Assembly: GCA_024137785.1 (NCBI GenBank)
Contig: JAHRHZ010000063.1
Location: forward strand, 53,896,514-53,960,513
Direction: 5' to 3'
DNA: 64,000 nt
DNA from: Ginglymostoma cirratum
Lineage: Eukaryota
Shown here one piece after another: positions 1 through 12,807 of the stretch. The notes beneath the pieces are model-generated. The model saw only the letters and a program-made list of their open reading frames with translations, was not told the DNA's origin and made no database searches. Position 1 is the stretch's first letter; every line of letters starts with the position of its first letter. The translations under genes and the position numbers were made by a program.

Positions 1-600
1 TTCACAACCTTGGTGTCATATTTGACCTCTTAAATGAGCTTCTGACTACATATTCATGCCATTACTAAGCCCCTTTGCCTAACTCCACTCCTACCTCAAG
101 TTTGTTGCTGCCAAAAATCTATCATGACCTTGTTCCTTCTAAACTTCACTACACTATTGCTCTCCTGTTGGTTTCTCACATCCAACTGCTTTTCACCTGG
201 AGATCATATGAAATTCTAGTCCTCATGAAGTAATGTCTCAATTTTAAAATTCCTATTCTTATTTACAAATACCTCCATTATCTCACTCCACTGTCACCGG
301 AGATAGCTGCACTCATCAACTTCTGGTCTCTTCTGCACCCCAGTTTTACTTACAATATTATTGGTGTTCCTGCTTCACCTCCTGAACCCTAAACTCTAGA
401 TTTTTCTTTATCTGTGAGTTTCTCTGTTTCTCTTTTCTTTTAAGTTTGCCCCTTAGAAGCCACCTCTTTGACCAAGCTTTTGGCCATTTGTTCTAAAGTC
501 TTTTCATGAAGTTCAGTGTTTAATTTTCTTTTATAATGGCCAAGTGATCAAGCACTTTGGATGTTTCATTATATTAAAAGGGCTTTATAAAAGTCAGTGC
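1..600 (+). mobile_element. Old L2-type LINE, 3' fragment
   Basis: Starts with aaccttggtgtcatatttgac (NLGVIFD motif of the L2 ORF2 C-terminal region) and ends in a decayed L2-like 3' tail (aagcactttggatgtttcattatattaaaagggctttataaa). No intact ORF. Confidence 0.55.
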
Positions 601-704
601 TTCCTAAAACTGGAGCTCATCACTCAGCACAGGCAAGCTGTGAATTAACTCTTTTCCGATATTTTGAAATCAGTGATTAATCTTTGCATCCTGTTACCTT
701 AGTA

Positions 705-1016
705 GGGGCGGCACGGTGGCTCGGTGGTTAGCACTGCTGCCTCACAGCGCCAGGGACCCAGGTTCGATTCCAGCCTCGGGTGACTGTCTGTGTGGAGTTT
801 GCACGTTCTCCCTGTCTCTGCGTGGGTTTCCTCCCACAATCCAAAGATGTGCAGGTTGGGTGGATTGGCCATGTTAAATTGCCCGTAGTGCTCAGGGATG
901 TGTAGATTAGGTGGGTTACAAGGGGACAGGCATGGGTGGGATGCTCTGAGGTTCGGTGTGGACTTGTTGGGCCGAAGGGCCTGTTTCCACACTGTCGTGA
1001 TTCTATGGATTCTATG
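705..1016 (+). mobile_element. HE1-type tRNA-derived V-SINE
   Basis: A box tggctcggtgg (717-727) and B box ggttcgattcc (761-771). V-domain tgtgtggagtttgcacgttctccc...gcgtgggtttcctcc. CR1-derived tail ggccgaagggcctgtttcc...gattctatg. Confidence 0.9.
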
Positions 1017-1710
1017 TACTTTAGAATCAGGATGTAAAATGCTTCAGGCTTAAGAATGTGACTGATGAATTCTAAAGTATTTCCAGATCTGCATCTATGT
1101 ATGAAGTCCTTCTGTATGACTATTGGAGTTTTGGAGTTCTGCGTCACCTCTGGATAGGGACATGACTTTGTAATCATGATCAGACTGATATCAAGTATTG
1201 TCATCTGCTGTTTCTATGATTGTCAAAGTCAAACCATCGCAAGACAGAAGAATATTTGAAGAGCTAATAAATTGCAACTTCAAAATGAAGGAGATGCAAG
1301 TGGTTCAGGACTGACCTTGAGCAGGGAAACGGTTCTGAATGAGTCCAGCTTTTGATGCTATCCAATGCAAGATTTCTCAGCTTTGATTCGTAGACAGTTG
1401 TTTGATGTGATTTAGCGTAGCAGTTTAGTTGAGATGACAGCAGCTCCGAGGGTACTGTTACTCCTCACCGGGGTAACACGCTGGAAATCGCACCATCCTA
1501 TTCCCAGAGTTAACACAAAAGTTAAAATTGTTATCCTAGAAGTCCCCAGTTTATCTTTTGAATAGATCCAGTATAACAAAACACAGACCAGATTGATGTA
1601 CTTAACAACTATTGCTATTTATTTTAAATAAATAGATTCTAACCACATTTAAACAATTACAAACTATTAACATTGAACTCTACTAGTTAACACTTGAACC
1701 CCCTTCTAAA

Positions 1711-1806
1711 ACACACACGCGCACATACACTCACATGCACACTCATGCACACATGCACACGCACACACATACACACACAAACACTCACGTGAGTGCACGC
1801 ACACAC
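1711..1806. repeat. Imperfect (CA)n microsatellite
   Basis: Directly visible CA/CG/TA dinucleotide run. Confidence 0.85.
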
Positions 1807-1871
1807 TCTCAGACACAAATGAATAAAAATATATTGGTGTTATGGGTGGAGGTAAAAACTGGGAAAGCACT

Positions 1872-1940
1872 AATCATAGAATCATAGAATTCTGTCATCA
1901 TGGAAGCAGGCCATTCAGCCTATCGAGTCTACACCGACCC
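1872..1940 (-). mobile_element. 3' tail fragment of HE1 SINE or CR1 LINE
   Basis: aatcatagaatcatagaa...aggccattcagcc is the reverse complement of the tail at 965-1016. Confidence 0.6.
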
Positions 1941-3579
1941 TATGAAGAGTGTCCCATTTGTTCAATAGTCGCAGTCCACAAGGAAATAATCTTTTTGCTT
2001 GCCAGGAGTTGTTGTCCTTCTTTGTTGGAGGCTTAGGCAATTGGTCCACGAACTACAGTTTCTTTACATTACTGGTTAAAGACCATTTGCTTACAGCAAA
2101 TGATGAGGGTAAATAAACTGGCTTACTTCAGGCTTTTGGTATTTCACTGCAGAGAAAGATGTGCCATCTGCCCTTGCAGCAGCCTGAAGGCTTCTGCCAG
2201 TATCATTCACACCCATAAGCTAAGTGACTCAGGAGACAATCAGTGTAGTCGTCAGGCTGATGACCATTGGCATCCACTAACTCGTCACAACTCTGCAAAC
2301 CAATCAGCAACTTGTTACCGGCCGAATCTCACTTTGTACACAAACCCTGTTGCCAGCCCATCGACAAACAGCTCCCTTCCTCCACCACCCGCCCCCCCCC
2401 CCCCAGTGCTTGAATAAAGCAGCAGGGTAAACACCACGTAGAAAGAGTTTCAGTAATTTGCTTCTTCGAAGGTGCAGCGATACCTTCCACAATCCTTGGT
2501 TGTAAAACATTCCTTTTCCCATTCTAGCCCAAAATACAGAGAAATAAATAGTTACAGCCCTTACAGTATACAGCATTCAGCCGAAGGAAAGTAGCCATTC
2601 AGAAAATTTAGGTGATCCACCGAACTAGAATCGGATGCCTCATGAACTGTTGTCTAATTGTGAAAAACAGGTTTTCATTTCTGGCCACATTGAACCCAAC
2701 CACTATTTGTGATATTGTACCAAACTGTTCACCATTGCCAAAATTACCTTTGACCTTGGCCCATTTACAAGTTGTTTATTGAGCTTAATAGGCCAGTATG
2801 TTAGAAGTGAGCAGGTTCCCCATTCCCAACCCCACCCTGTCCCCAGTTGAAAATCACGGTACATCCTGGAAGTGTCAGGATCTGGAGATGACCTTCAGGA
2901 ATGCAGTTTATGAATTGCACCCACCCGCAATCCCAGCACCATTGGCAATTGAAAACCTGCCCCTATTTTCCATTCCTGTCCGCTCCGGCTATTGCTCCTG
3001 CATGAGAAGCATTGAGGTGGTCCCTGCAGACTGGTAATAGTCGGCCTGATGGTTGCCACCTCTCCCCCCATTTTGTCAGATCCATCTCATGCCAAGGCCT
3101 TCAGTAAAAAGAAATTGACGCATTGTTTAGGACTTTTTACCATTTCTGTTGCTACATCTGTATTCAGACTGGTTTGAGAGCAGGATTTCGCTTGACAACA
3201 GTGAACTCCATCTTGGTTCTGGGGAGCTCATCCTGGGACCCGATCCATTCAAAAAGAGTCAGGATTACAGTAGGTTCCCATCAGGAGGTGGATTTTTCTG
3301 TCCCATTGCCGTCTCATCTTGAAAAGGAAAATCCCCTCACGTTTTAGGCCCAACCTGTAGATCCTATATGTGAATTAATATCTAATGTTATTAATTTCAG
3401 AATAAGAGGTTTTAAAGCAAGAGGAACAACATTAATTGTGCTTGAAGTGCCCAAATCAAAATGATTGTGAAAAATATCTGTAAGGCTTCATTCTTTGTAC
3501 AGATGTAAAGTCACCATGTGTCAGTGATAAAATATGCCATTGACCTATTGCTACAATACAGTGCTAAATCAGTCACTGC

Positions 3580-4118
3580 TGCATTTAGTGCAGTTTTGGT
3601 CTCTTCACTTGAGGAAGGATGTACTGGCACTGAGGAGGCTCACTAGGTTAAATCCGGAATTGAGAGGGTTGGCTTATGAGGAAAGATTGAGTAGAGTGGG
3701 ACCCTACTCATTAGAATTTAGAAGAATGTGGAGGGATCTGATAGAAACATATAAAACTATGAAGGGAATGGACAAGATAAAAGCAGGGAAGTTGGTTCCA
3801 CTGCTGTGTGAAACTAGATCTGAGGGCATAGCCTCAAAGTAAGGGAGAGCAGATTTAGGACTGAGCTCAAGAGGAACTTCTTGTCGCAACGGGTTATGAA
3901 TCTGTGGCATTCCCTGCCCAGTAAAGCAGCTGAGGCCATCTCATTGAATGTATTTAAGGCAAAGATAGATTTTGAACAGTAACAGAATTAAGGATTATGG
4001 TGAGCAGGTGGTTAAGTGGAACTGAATGCATGAAAAGATCAGCCGTAGATCTTATCGAATGGCGGAGCAGGCTCGAGGGGCCAGATGGCCTACTCCTGCT
4101 CCTACTTCTAATGTTCTT
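3580..4118 (+). mobile_element. CR1 LINE 3' fragment
   Basis: Translation VQFWSLHLRKDVLAL...LAYEERLSRVGPYSLEFRRMWRDLIETYK is the typical CR1 ORF2 C-terminus. 3' UTR ends ggccagatggcctactcctgctcctacttctaatgttct. Confidence 0.85.
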
Positions 4119-4641
4119 TTTGTTCAGGATGATATGAGACAGTGATGTACAGCACTCCTACAGCTTAAGATGCCCAATATGCAGGGAAGGTTTTAACTTT
4201 CTACATCCTTTCATTTGCTTTTTTAGAGATTGCTGAAATAATAGATCCTGTTAGAAAGTAATTTTGTATCCCTTACCTTTTAAAAAAAATTATAGGAGTT
4301 ATTAATAAAGGGAACAGCTCAGTACCATTGAAAAAATTTGAGGAGGGAGACTGGTAAACTTTTCATCTGTGCCTATTATGATGGCCAATACCACAGGTGT
4401 GTTTTGGAGAAAAAATGAACATCAAAATTTACCAACTTCGCCACAAAAATATATCCATCTCAGTCTCACAAGCTTCAGTCATCTCAGCAGGCATTTTTGG
4501 GAGAAGATTCCAGACTAATGCTACTGCTTGTGTGGGAAAAGTGATTTTCCTGCAAAATGACGTAGCTTTAATTGCGTTCCCTCGTTCTTGATTCCTCCAC
4601 CAGAGGAAATAGGTTCTCTGTCAAGAGTGGAGTATATTAAT

Positions 4642-4990
4642 AATCATAGAGTACCTAGAGTGCAGAAAGAGGCCATTCAGCCCATTGATTCTGCACCGAT
4701 CCTCTGAAGAGCATCCCACCCAGCCCTACCACTGTAAGACTGTTACATTGGCTAGCTCACCTAACCTGCATACCCCTTGACACGACAGGGCAATTTTTAG
4801 CATGGCCAATCCACCTAACCTGCACGTCTTTGGACTGTGGGAGGAAATCAGAGCACCCAGAGGAAACCCACACAGACACAGGGAGAATGTACAGACTCCA
4901 CACAGACAGTTGCCCAAAGCTGGAATCAAACCCAAGTCCCTGGTGCTGTGAGGCAGCTAACCACTCACAGTGCTAACTAACTGTGCCAGC
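4642..4990 (-). mobile_element. HE1-type V-SINE
   Basis: Reverse-complement copy of 705-1016 (head, V-domain and tail). Confidence 0.85.
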
Positions 4991-6629
4991 CAATAACCAG
5001 GATGATGCCACATGACCAAGCAGTCATGAATACTCCAGCCACAGCACACGAGACAAAAGGTGTGCACATAAGTTGCTCTGTAACTCCACATGATGAGGTT
5101 AAAGCTGTTTGAGATTTTCAAGTAAATCGAACGTATGTTACTTACCAATCCATAAGCGAATGTTAAGGAACACAACCCAAGAATACAACATGTATCTACA
5201 CAATCGAATCCATATAATATTGTAAAATCATCCATCAGATTGCTTCTAATCCCTTAAAGTTTAGAAGGGCAATCTTTGTGCAAACTGTCCTCATAATTTA
5301 ATCTTGCAAATAGTTGTCCGGCCCAGGTTAGATATTTCACAAACCGTATACAGGATGAATCTCCTTTTTTTTCCCCCTCAGTGAACTGCCTCAAGCCCAA
5401 TTCTGGAGCCGCATTTCTTTTTAAAAAAAAACTAAGTACACCTGTCATTGGCACCCAGCACAAGTGTTCAAGCTTTTTTCCATTTATGACAGCATTCTTT
5501 TCAGACAGGCAAGGTCAATTTAAGTATCTTAACTGAAGTTATTTTGTATCCAACACCCTTTCATCAGCCTGGTCCAGATTCAAATCTACACTTCAGAAGA
5601 AGGTAGATAGAACACTATTTCACACTATTGCAATTCCACCAAAAGGCATGCAGCAGAGTTTTTATGGCTTTATTTGTTAACGTTTTACTTCATTCGGATG
5701 GAAAGGCTGGTTTAAAAGATATTATACTGTGATTAAACTACACCTGTTTAATACGTTTTAATTTCTCTCACCATCAAATGCAATTAAGCCCAGAGTTAAA
5801 GAACAGCATCCAGGGAATTTAAGATGTTCCCTGTCAAATGGCTCTCACTGCTATTAATTCAAGTTCACTTGCACTGATGCGCATAATAAGCAAATTTTAA
5901 TCTGAAGTTGACACAGGCACTGGCAGAGAGCTCAGTGAAAGAGAGAGCATGGTGGCAATCAGCCCTGTCCCACTGCCAGCGAAATGTCTTAAAGAAACAG
6001 ATTTATCGACTATAAGCTTCAGACTTCAATCAGTAAGTTGCTTTGATGTTTATAGTCTTCGAGAAGCTGCCGCTCCAACAGTGGCCTTTTGTTTAAAAGC
6101 CCCGTGATGCTGGTCTGCCTTCACTGCAGTATGGATTGGCTGACAGCTACGATCCATTACTATCAGAGTTCAGCAGAGCCTTCAGTGCAGCCATGTGTCG
6201 CAGTTATCCAAATTGTAATCGATTTTTGTTTCAAATGTCATGTTCTTAAATGTTATGGTTATATGCACATGGCAATCCCGTTGATTTTCAGATTTCATGT
6301 TATTTTCCCAGTGCAAACGCAAAGATTACCAGTTCAAATGTTCAGAATTGTGGTTGAGACCCATATTGTGTTGTTGTGAGTGGGGTGTTGGTTATTTTTG
6401 TGAAATCTGATACCAAAAGCTCTGGGAATTGCTGATGCCCTTGAATCCTCAGCTTCTCCCCAGGCCCATGCCCCAAGCCATTGTTCGTCGGTTTTATTGT
6501 TTTCTCTCCCTCATGGTAACACCTCTTAGTGGCATTTGATTTGGTATCTGATCCAAATGGTAATGCTTTTTCTTTAAGAATCTGGGCCAGTTGCTCCACT
6601 GCAAAGGAAAACACGGCTAACAACAGTGA

Positions 6630-6875
6630 TAGAGATAATAGGAACTGCCGATGCTGGAGAATCCGAGATAACAAGGTGTAGAGCTGGATGAACACAGCAG
6701 GCCAAGCAGCATCAGAGGAGCAGGAAGGCCGACGTTTCCGAAGAAGGGTCTCGGCCCAAAACGTCAGCTTTCCTGCTTCTCTGATGCTGCCTGGCCTGCT
6801 GTGTTCGTCCAACTCTACACCTTGTTATTATTACACCAACAGTGATAGTCCGGCATCTGCAGTTCTTACTATCTC
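6630..6875. mobile_element. Penelope-like pLTR foldback (family A) with degenerate hammerhead motif
   Basis: Two inverted arms of about 105 bp around ccgaagaagggtctcggcccaaaacgtc (6738-6765). Flanked by acggctaacaacagt (6612-6626) and acagctaacaacagt (6876-6890). Arms are homologous to the ends of the Penelope at 13469-16231. Confidence 0.85.
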
Positions 6876-7611
6876 ACAGCTAACAACAGTCCTGTACTCA
6901 CCCCAGTATCTGTACAAGGCAGCAATCAGTGAACATTGACCAGAGGTAAGAATTCCCACAGCTTTTTGTTCATGGGACATTTGTCAACATCAGAGCCGTC
7001 GAGGGACCGTAGAAGAAATCCATTATAAAAAGGAGTGAACCGCGAGCATGTGGACAACTGTTTTGAAGCTGACACAAACCTCGTTAGTAGAATCTTGCTT
7101 CCAATTTCCTCGATAGACGTTCTGGAGTTTTTGTTTCTCACTGTTTGGTACATTGCTGGGAAACGGAGCAGCGGCAGACCCCAGTGGTGTGACAGGCATG
7201 GAGAGAGGAACCTGCCAGAAGAGACAATCAGTCACACCACAGAATGAGCAGGTATCCATCAGATTACTGGACCAGACCACCATGGGGAAAAAAACCCCTC
7301 AACATTCAATGGCAACTGAGAGGGGTTTCCCGGAGTCATCCTGACTCTGCAAACCTTTTCAAACGGTTGCGCAGTCCCAGGTGTGGACGTTGTGTCCCAG
7401 TTTCGAACAAATCCAGTTTTGCTGGCAGGGAGAGTGGAGGAGGATGAGTGATTCATGGAGGAGGTACATTGAAACATTCTGAGGGCCTTAGCACTCGGAG
7501 TAAAAGTCATCAACAAATGGAGTTGTCTGCCCTACGAGAGTGCTTACAGCAAGTTCCGTTCAAGTTTCATGGACTGAAGTTGTTTTCTATCCCATACACC
7601 TTAGTATTAAA

Positions 7612-9452
7612 TGGTCCAGATTTTCTATTGGCCGGACACTCGTTATCCCAGTGTAGTTGGAAGTTGCATGTTGAGAGCCTGTGAAATTTCCACTGGAATT
7701 CTGAAGGAATTGTGCAGGAAATTGAAGATTCCTCTGGCCAATTCTCCTATGCCACCTGTAACTTTCCGAAAGTCTTCATTAAGAGTGGAGAATTCTGAGG
7801 CTTCTGCGACATAACCAAACACCTCAGTAACAATTCAATTGGCCCAATATTTACAATGCACAGCCCAAAAACACCTCCCCCAGACAATGTACTGACACCT
7901 TTCAGCACCTTACTACCTACCCACCCAATCCTCCCTCCCCCACCGTGCACCTGACCGCACCCTCTCCTAATCTGTACCCCTTCTCCTGCCATTGGATAGC
8001 CTTTCCCCAATTCCCTACCACTAAACACATGCGCCAGCCTTCTAATGCTCCGCACCTGACACCTACCCATTCTCAGAGACGGCCCCCCTGGATACTACAC
8101 CCAACCTCTGGACCACCAATTGATTTATCCCACTTGCCTGGTCAACCCTACACACTGTGTCACTTACTTACCACCCTGGCTGCCTTTGCATCCTAGCAGG
8201 CTACCCATGTGGCCCTGTAACCCCTTTCCCACTTGTCATCCTAGCCAGTTTACACCCTATCCTCTGATGCCCTGCACCTTACCAATCTGGAACCCAATCC
8301 TCCCACTTTGGCTCGCGACCTGCTATCCAGCTGGCACTCTTCTGAGCTAGCACCCTATCCGTACCCAGCTGACATGCTACCTCTGTTACCCCATCACTAC
8401 CTAGCTAGCACCTTATTTACCTGGCACCCTAGCCCCCTACCCATCTGGCGGCCTACCCTTCCAGCAGCCTGGCCGTCGCGACCTTTTCAGAATATGGCAA
8501 CAGACTGCTGTGAGAAAAGGGGCGTGGTTTGCTTTTCCCTGAAAGTCCTGAAAGAACGATCAGAATGGAAGTGTGGAACACTGGGTGGAACCTTGTGTCA
8601 GAAATATGTTTTCACTTAAAACCAAAGGGCGGAGTTGCAATCTGCATGAGAGTGTCACTGCTCCGAATATCCGGCCCAATGAAACAGTCATGTGTTGTCA
8701 AGTGGAGTTTGAAAAGCACCCTCTGCTGGGTTGCTTTGGTTAACAGGCCATGTTGTGTCAGTCAGACAGGAAGAATAAAGTTCCATCTGTTCGTGCAGTT
8801 TCAACACAGTTCTTTATTGACATTTCCAAAGGCTGTTATTATGTCATTGTGAATGCATCAATGAGTTTCAAAAGCTACATTTATCCCAGCATGGGGTTCT
8901 GAAGTGTTTGTTTTTATAAGAGGTTAACCACTTGAAATCAAAAGCTTTGAGCGTGTTTAATGAATGGGAGATTTCCCCTATAAAGCTTACGTAAGTAAAA
9001 GTTGCATATTTTAGAGGTTTGCTTTTGTTTCCACATGGCTGTGGAGGTCTGCCCGAAATAGATTCTGGATGAGTGGATTTGGAGGTGGCATAGGAGCATC
9101 TGAGGTGGCCGGGGGGAGTGGGGTGGTGGTCTGATGGGACATGGGATGACTGTGGGTACGGCGGTTTGAGTTGGTATGGAGCAGCCACAGAGGTGGGTGG
9201 GAGATATGAGGTCATGAGAGTTGAGGCCTATAAAACCTGAGAGAATACTGAGATAGCCCTTCTAAACAGTCCCGTCTCTGCACTCGCCCACCCCCGCGGA
9301 TGCCTACATTCTGCTTCTGGCATGTCTGACGGTTCCCCACCCTAGCTTCTCCCGAGTGAAAAGTATGTCAGACCTCAAAATCAGGGTGGGTCGACCAAGT
9401 TTGGAAATTTCCAGCACCCATGCTGACCACCTCAGTCATGACAATCCAGCCT
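7612..9452. mobile_element. Possible old non-autonomous DNA transposon with internal C-rich and G-rich degenerate repeats
   Basis: Decayed inverted-terminus-like motifs (tggtccagattttc ... gacaatccagcc). C-rich block 7900-8470 and G-rich block 9070-9230. Family uncertain. Confidence 0.3.
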
Positions 9453-9498
9453 ATACTTGTAAAACATTGTCTCATCATTGCTTCTCCTTTCTCCACAG

Positions 9499-9577
9499 TG
9501 TTATTTCTGCAAGACGGTACTACTTTGAGGTGCTCCACAAGCAGGATGATAAGGGGTCAGACCATGTAGAAGTTGGG
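9499..9577 (+). CDS. B4GALNT4: Internal coding exon of beta-1,4-N-acetylgalactosaminyltransferase 4 (PA14 domain)
   Basis: Acceptor cttctcctttctccacag and donor ggg|gtaagt. 79 bp = 1 nt + [26 protein letters not shown], matching recalled human B4GALNT4 [23 protein letters not shown] better than B4GALNT3 (KQNEEGTDHVEVA). Confidence 0.92.
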
Positions 9578-10574
9578 GTAAGTGGCAATAACTTGGTAAC
9601 TCTCTTGAGTAGAAGCTCACTGGCAGGCTAATTAGTGACAAGCCAATGCCAAATTAATTCATTGCATCTGTTTAGATTGGTGTTCTCTTAGTAAATTGTT
9701 GGATTGCCAAGATTGTCTTAAAAATCAATGTTGGAAATGAATGACTAATGTTCTAATGAGCAGAACCTTTAGAAAGGGTTAAAATTGAGAGCGACAAGAC
9801 TTGTCAGTAATTTATGCCTGTTTTAACATGGTCCCGTCTTTCTGTGTGGTTTGACTGTCACACTTCATACATTAACTACTTTATATTGTGCGAACTGCCA
9901 GTTGGTTATCGTAGACCAGTAAGTGAGATGGCTCAGTGCATTGTCATGGTAACCAAGTGCTAGGATACAGGCTGATATTTTATGTCAATGCTGAACAGAG
10001 AAATGGCTCCAAGTGTGGAATTTGCAGATCTCTGTGCACCCTCAGGTTGGAAAAATATGATTGGTGGGAGGAAAAAGCAAGATCCTGTTGGTATGCCCTA
10101 TCCAAGGTGTCGACCATTGCCACAACCAACATTACGATCATTGTAACTCTGTCACATGATAACAAGCGTTACCTTCAAGAGTCAAGAAACAATTGCAGTT
10201 GAGAATTCTAGTCTCTTTTTACAGGCTATTGGTTTCTAAATGAATTGTAAACAAACTGATTTGTGGGTACTCATTCCAATTTAATCAACTTGAGAGCCTT
10301 CTTTTGGCAAGGTCCTATTTTCCTCGACAAATGTCAAACCCATAAATGGACACATTTACTGGTTGGAGCAAGTAATATCCTCTTCTATGACTGGAAGAGT
10401 ACAAAATCATCTGGACCCACATCCTTGGAAGCCTGTTTAATGAGACCTGCCCTCTCATACATATCGCAACACATCTACAGATGGCCAAACTGAGGAGGAA
10501 CTTCAGAGAATGCCCCTCTTCCTCGAGTTGGGTCAAGAGGCAACGGGGAATTTCAATACCACTAAAAGAAAATA

Positions 10575-11200
10575 AACAAACGACTGCAGTTGCTGGAAAC
10601 ATGGAATAAAAAATAGAGGATGTTCGGCAGGTCAGGGAGCATCTGTGGAGAGTGAAACAGAGTCAATATTTCAAGCAGATCATTCACCCTAAGTGGGGAG
10701 AGGTACAGATATAACAGGGGTGGGTATGGGGATAAAGGAAGAGGGTCTGCAACAGCGTAGAAGGCAGGAGAGATTAAATTGTAATGTGGTGATGGTGCAA
10801 GAAAAAGTGACACTGTCATGGGGCAAACATAGTGACACAGATGGAAATGTGAATGGGGAATAACAAAAGCAGAGCCAGCAAAATTGGAGGCAGATGTTAT
10901 AGCTTTTCTTGTCAATCTCAACTCTGAGCCTGTCAGGCAGTAAATGTCTGAATTGAAAGATAAGGGACTGTTACTCAAACTTACATTGAGTTTCATTGGA
11001 AAACACTGAGAAACTGACAAAATGGCCATCAGTGTTAGATTAGGATGGAGAGTTAAAATGACAGGTGATTGGAAACTTGGCATCACACTTGCGGAATAAA
11101 GGGAGGTGGTCTGCAAAGCAATCACACAATCTGTGTTGTTTCCCCATTATGGGAGAGACCATATTGTGAGGAGCACAAGTTTTCATGTAGAAACCAATAG
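10575..11200 (-). mobile_element. Old Penelope-like element 3' end (GIY-YIG remnant plus pLTR)
   Basis: Minus-strand peptide HRLCDCFADHL...FPITCHFNSPS resembles the GIY-YIG region at 15700-15800. pLTR-like ctccacagatgctccctgacctgcc...ccagcaactgcag at the left end. Confidence 0.7.
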
Positions 11201-11437
11201 CCTGTAAAATGAGACTTGAATTCCCAATGATCAGTTTAAAGGAATGAATTGCGCAAGATTTGAAACATAAAGCATTTTTCTGTAACAAACAAACTAAAGC
11301 AACTAAACATCACCCAGAAGTCAGCTATCAGCATAAACTATGGAAAATATAACCCTGATTAATGTTCTAATGTGACTAATACACCCATGCTACTTACATA
11401 TGCATGACAGCAAGCTGTTCCTGTGATTATCGAGTGA

Positions 11438-12018
11438 CAGAGTCATACAGCATGGAAACAGTCCTTCCAGTCTAAACAGTATGTGGCTGACCATAATCCC
11501 AAACTAAACTAGTCCCACCTTGGCCCATATCCCTCCAAACATTTCTTATACATGTAGTTATCTAAATATCTTTTAAGCTGTACTCACATCCAACACTTCC
11601 TCTGGATGTTCAGTCCACACACGAACCACACTCTGTAAAAAAAAAACCCTCTCCTGTTATTTTTAAGTCTTTCTCCACTCACCTTAAAAATATGCTCTCT
11701 TGGGAAAGAGGGGAAAGACACTTGCTTATCTATACCCCTCATTATTTCATAAACCTCTATAGGTCACCTCTCAATCTCCTATGCTCCAGTGGGAAAAAAA
11801 ATCCCAGCCTATCCAGCCTCTCCTTATAACTCAACCTCTCCATTCCTGGCAACATTCTGGTAAATCTCTTCTGAACTCTCTCCAGCTTAGTAATATCCTT
11901 CCTATAACAGGGAGATTGGTACTGGACACAGTACTCCAGAAGAGGCCTCACCAACATTGAACATGACGTCCAAACTCTTACACTGAAAGGTCTGAGCAAT
12001 GAAGGCAAGCGTGCTAAA
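11438..12018 (-). mobile_element. CR1 LINE 3' fragment
   Basis: LVRPLLEYCVQYQSPCYRKDITKLERVQKRFTRMLPGMERLSYKERLDRLG, followed by a CR1 3' UTR. Confidence 0.88.
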
Positions 12019-12723
12019 CAATGTCAGTCTTAAAATTTTAGGTAATTCAGACATAAATGAATTGTGCGTAAATTTCCTCCATCCTTTCCGCTAGCACTAT
12101 ACAAAGCTCAGTCAGTACACTCTGCTGTTTGTTGATATAGCTCCATACTCCATGCAACTTCCAGACATTCCCTTAATTTACACTTTCTTCAACTGGCTGT
12201 AGATTTTACACCCAAAATTGTAGGATGTAGTATGACCCAGAGTCATACATCTGATGCGTTATCACTGTTTCCAGTTTATACTTCTGACCAAGATCTAAAC
12301 TGTACTTTCTGTACCATTTATAATGGAAACAATGTAAACTAAATTTGGTAAACAAGCAACTTATACCCTCCTGTCCATGGTGGTACATGAGCACACTGCC
12401 ACACCATGGTATCTATAAAATATTGAGGATCTAGTGCTGAAAAATTCCTACTGTCCAAACAAACCTTCGTCTCAAGTTATTACCCTTGTCTTGTTTGGTT
12501 TGAAATAAATCTATATATTATATAAAGTACATATATAATATTTGATGGTAAAATTGTTGTGGAATTACTTATGTGTTCTTAGAAAAATTATTCACCCCCA
12601 AACACATTTTATCTGAACACTACAGTTGATTTTGTAGACTTATTTGTAATGCCGTAGAGAATTAGTTTGTGCACACGTGTGTTTCCACATGTAACACACA
12701 TAATCAACATATCCTGAATGCAA

Positions 12724-12807
12724 GATAACAAGCATGGGGCTGGATGAACACAGCAGGCCAAGCAGCAGCAGGAAAGCTTGACGTTTCGGGCCTAGACCCT
12801 ATCTCTG
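12724..12807 (-). mobile_element. Short Penelope pLTR copy (family A), truncated inside the hammerhead motif
   Basis: Minus strand reads agggtctaggcccgaaacgtcaagc... Perfect 15-bp TSD atatcctgaatgcaa at 12709-12723 and 12808-12822. Confidence 0.85.

Noticed and set aside
699-1204. ORFs overlapping the HE1 SINE
   Set aside because: Spurious antisense translations of a non-coding SINE. Similar peptides recur at other copies.
1456-2770. Possible solo LTR starting tgttac
   Set aside because: I could not identify a matching end or TSD.
4397-4591. ACVGK as the upstream B4GALNT4 exon (human VAFVGK)
   Set aside because: The preceding residues do not match the expected SDDNSEFWLS motif and the donor is poor.
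5800-5835. TASREFKMF resembling the TAPGEFTKF exon
   Set aside because: The conserved W and PG are absent and there are no suitable splice sites. Likely chance.
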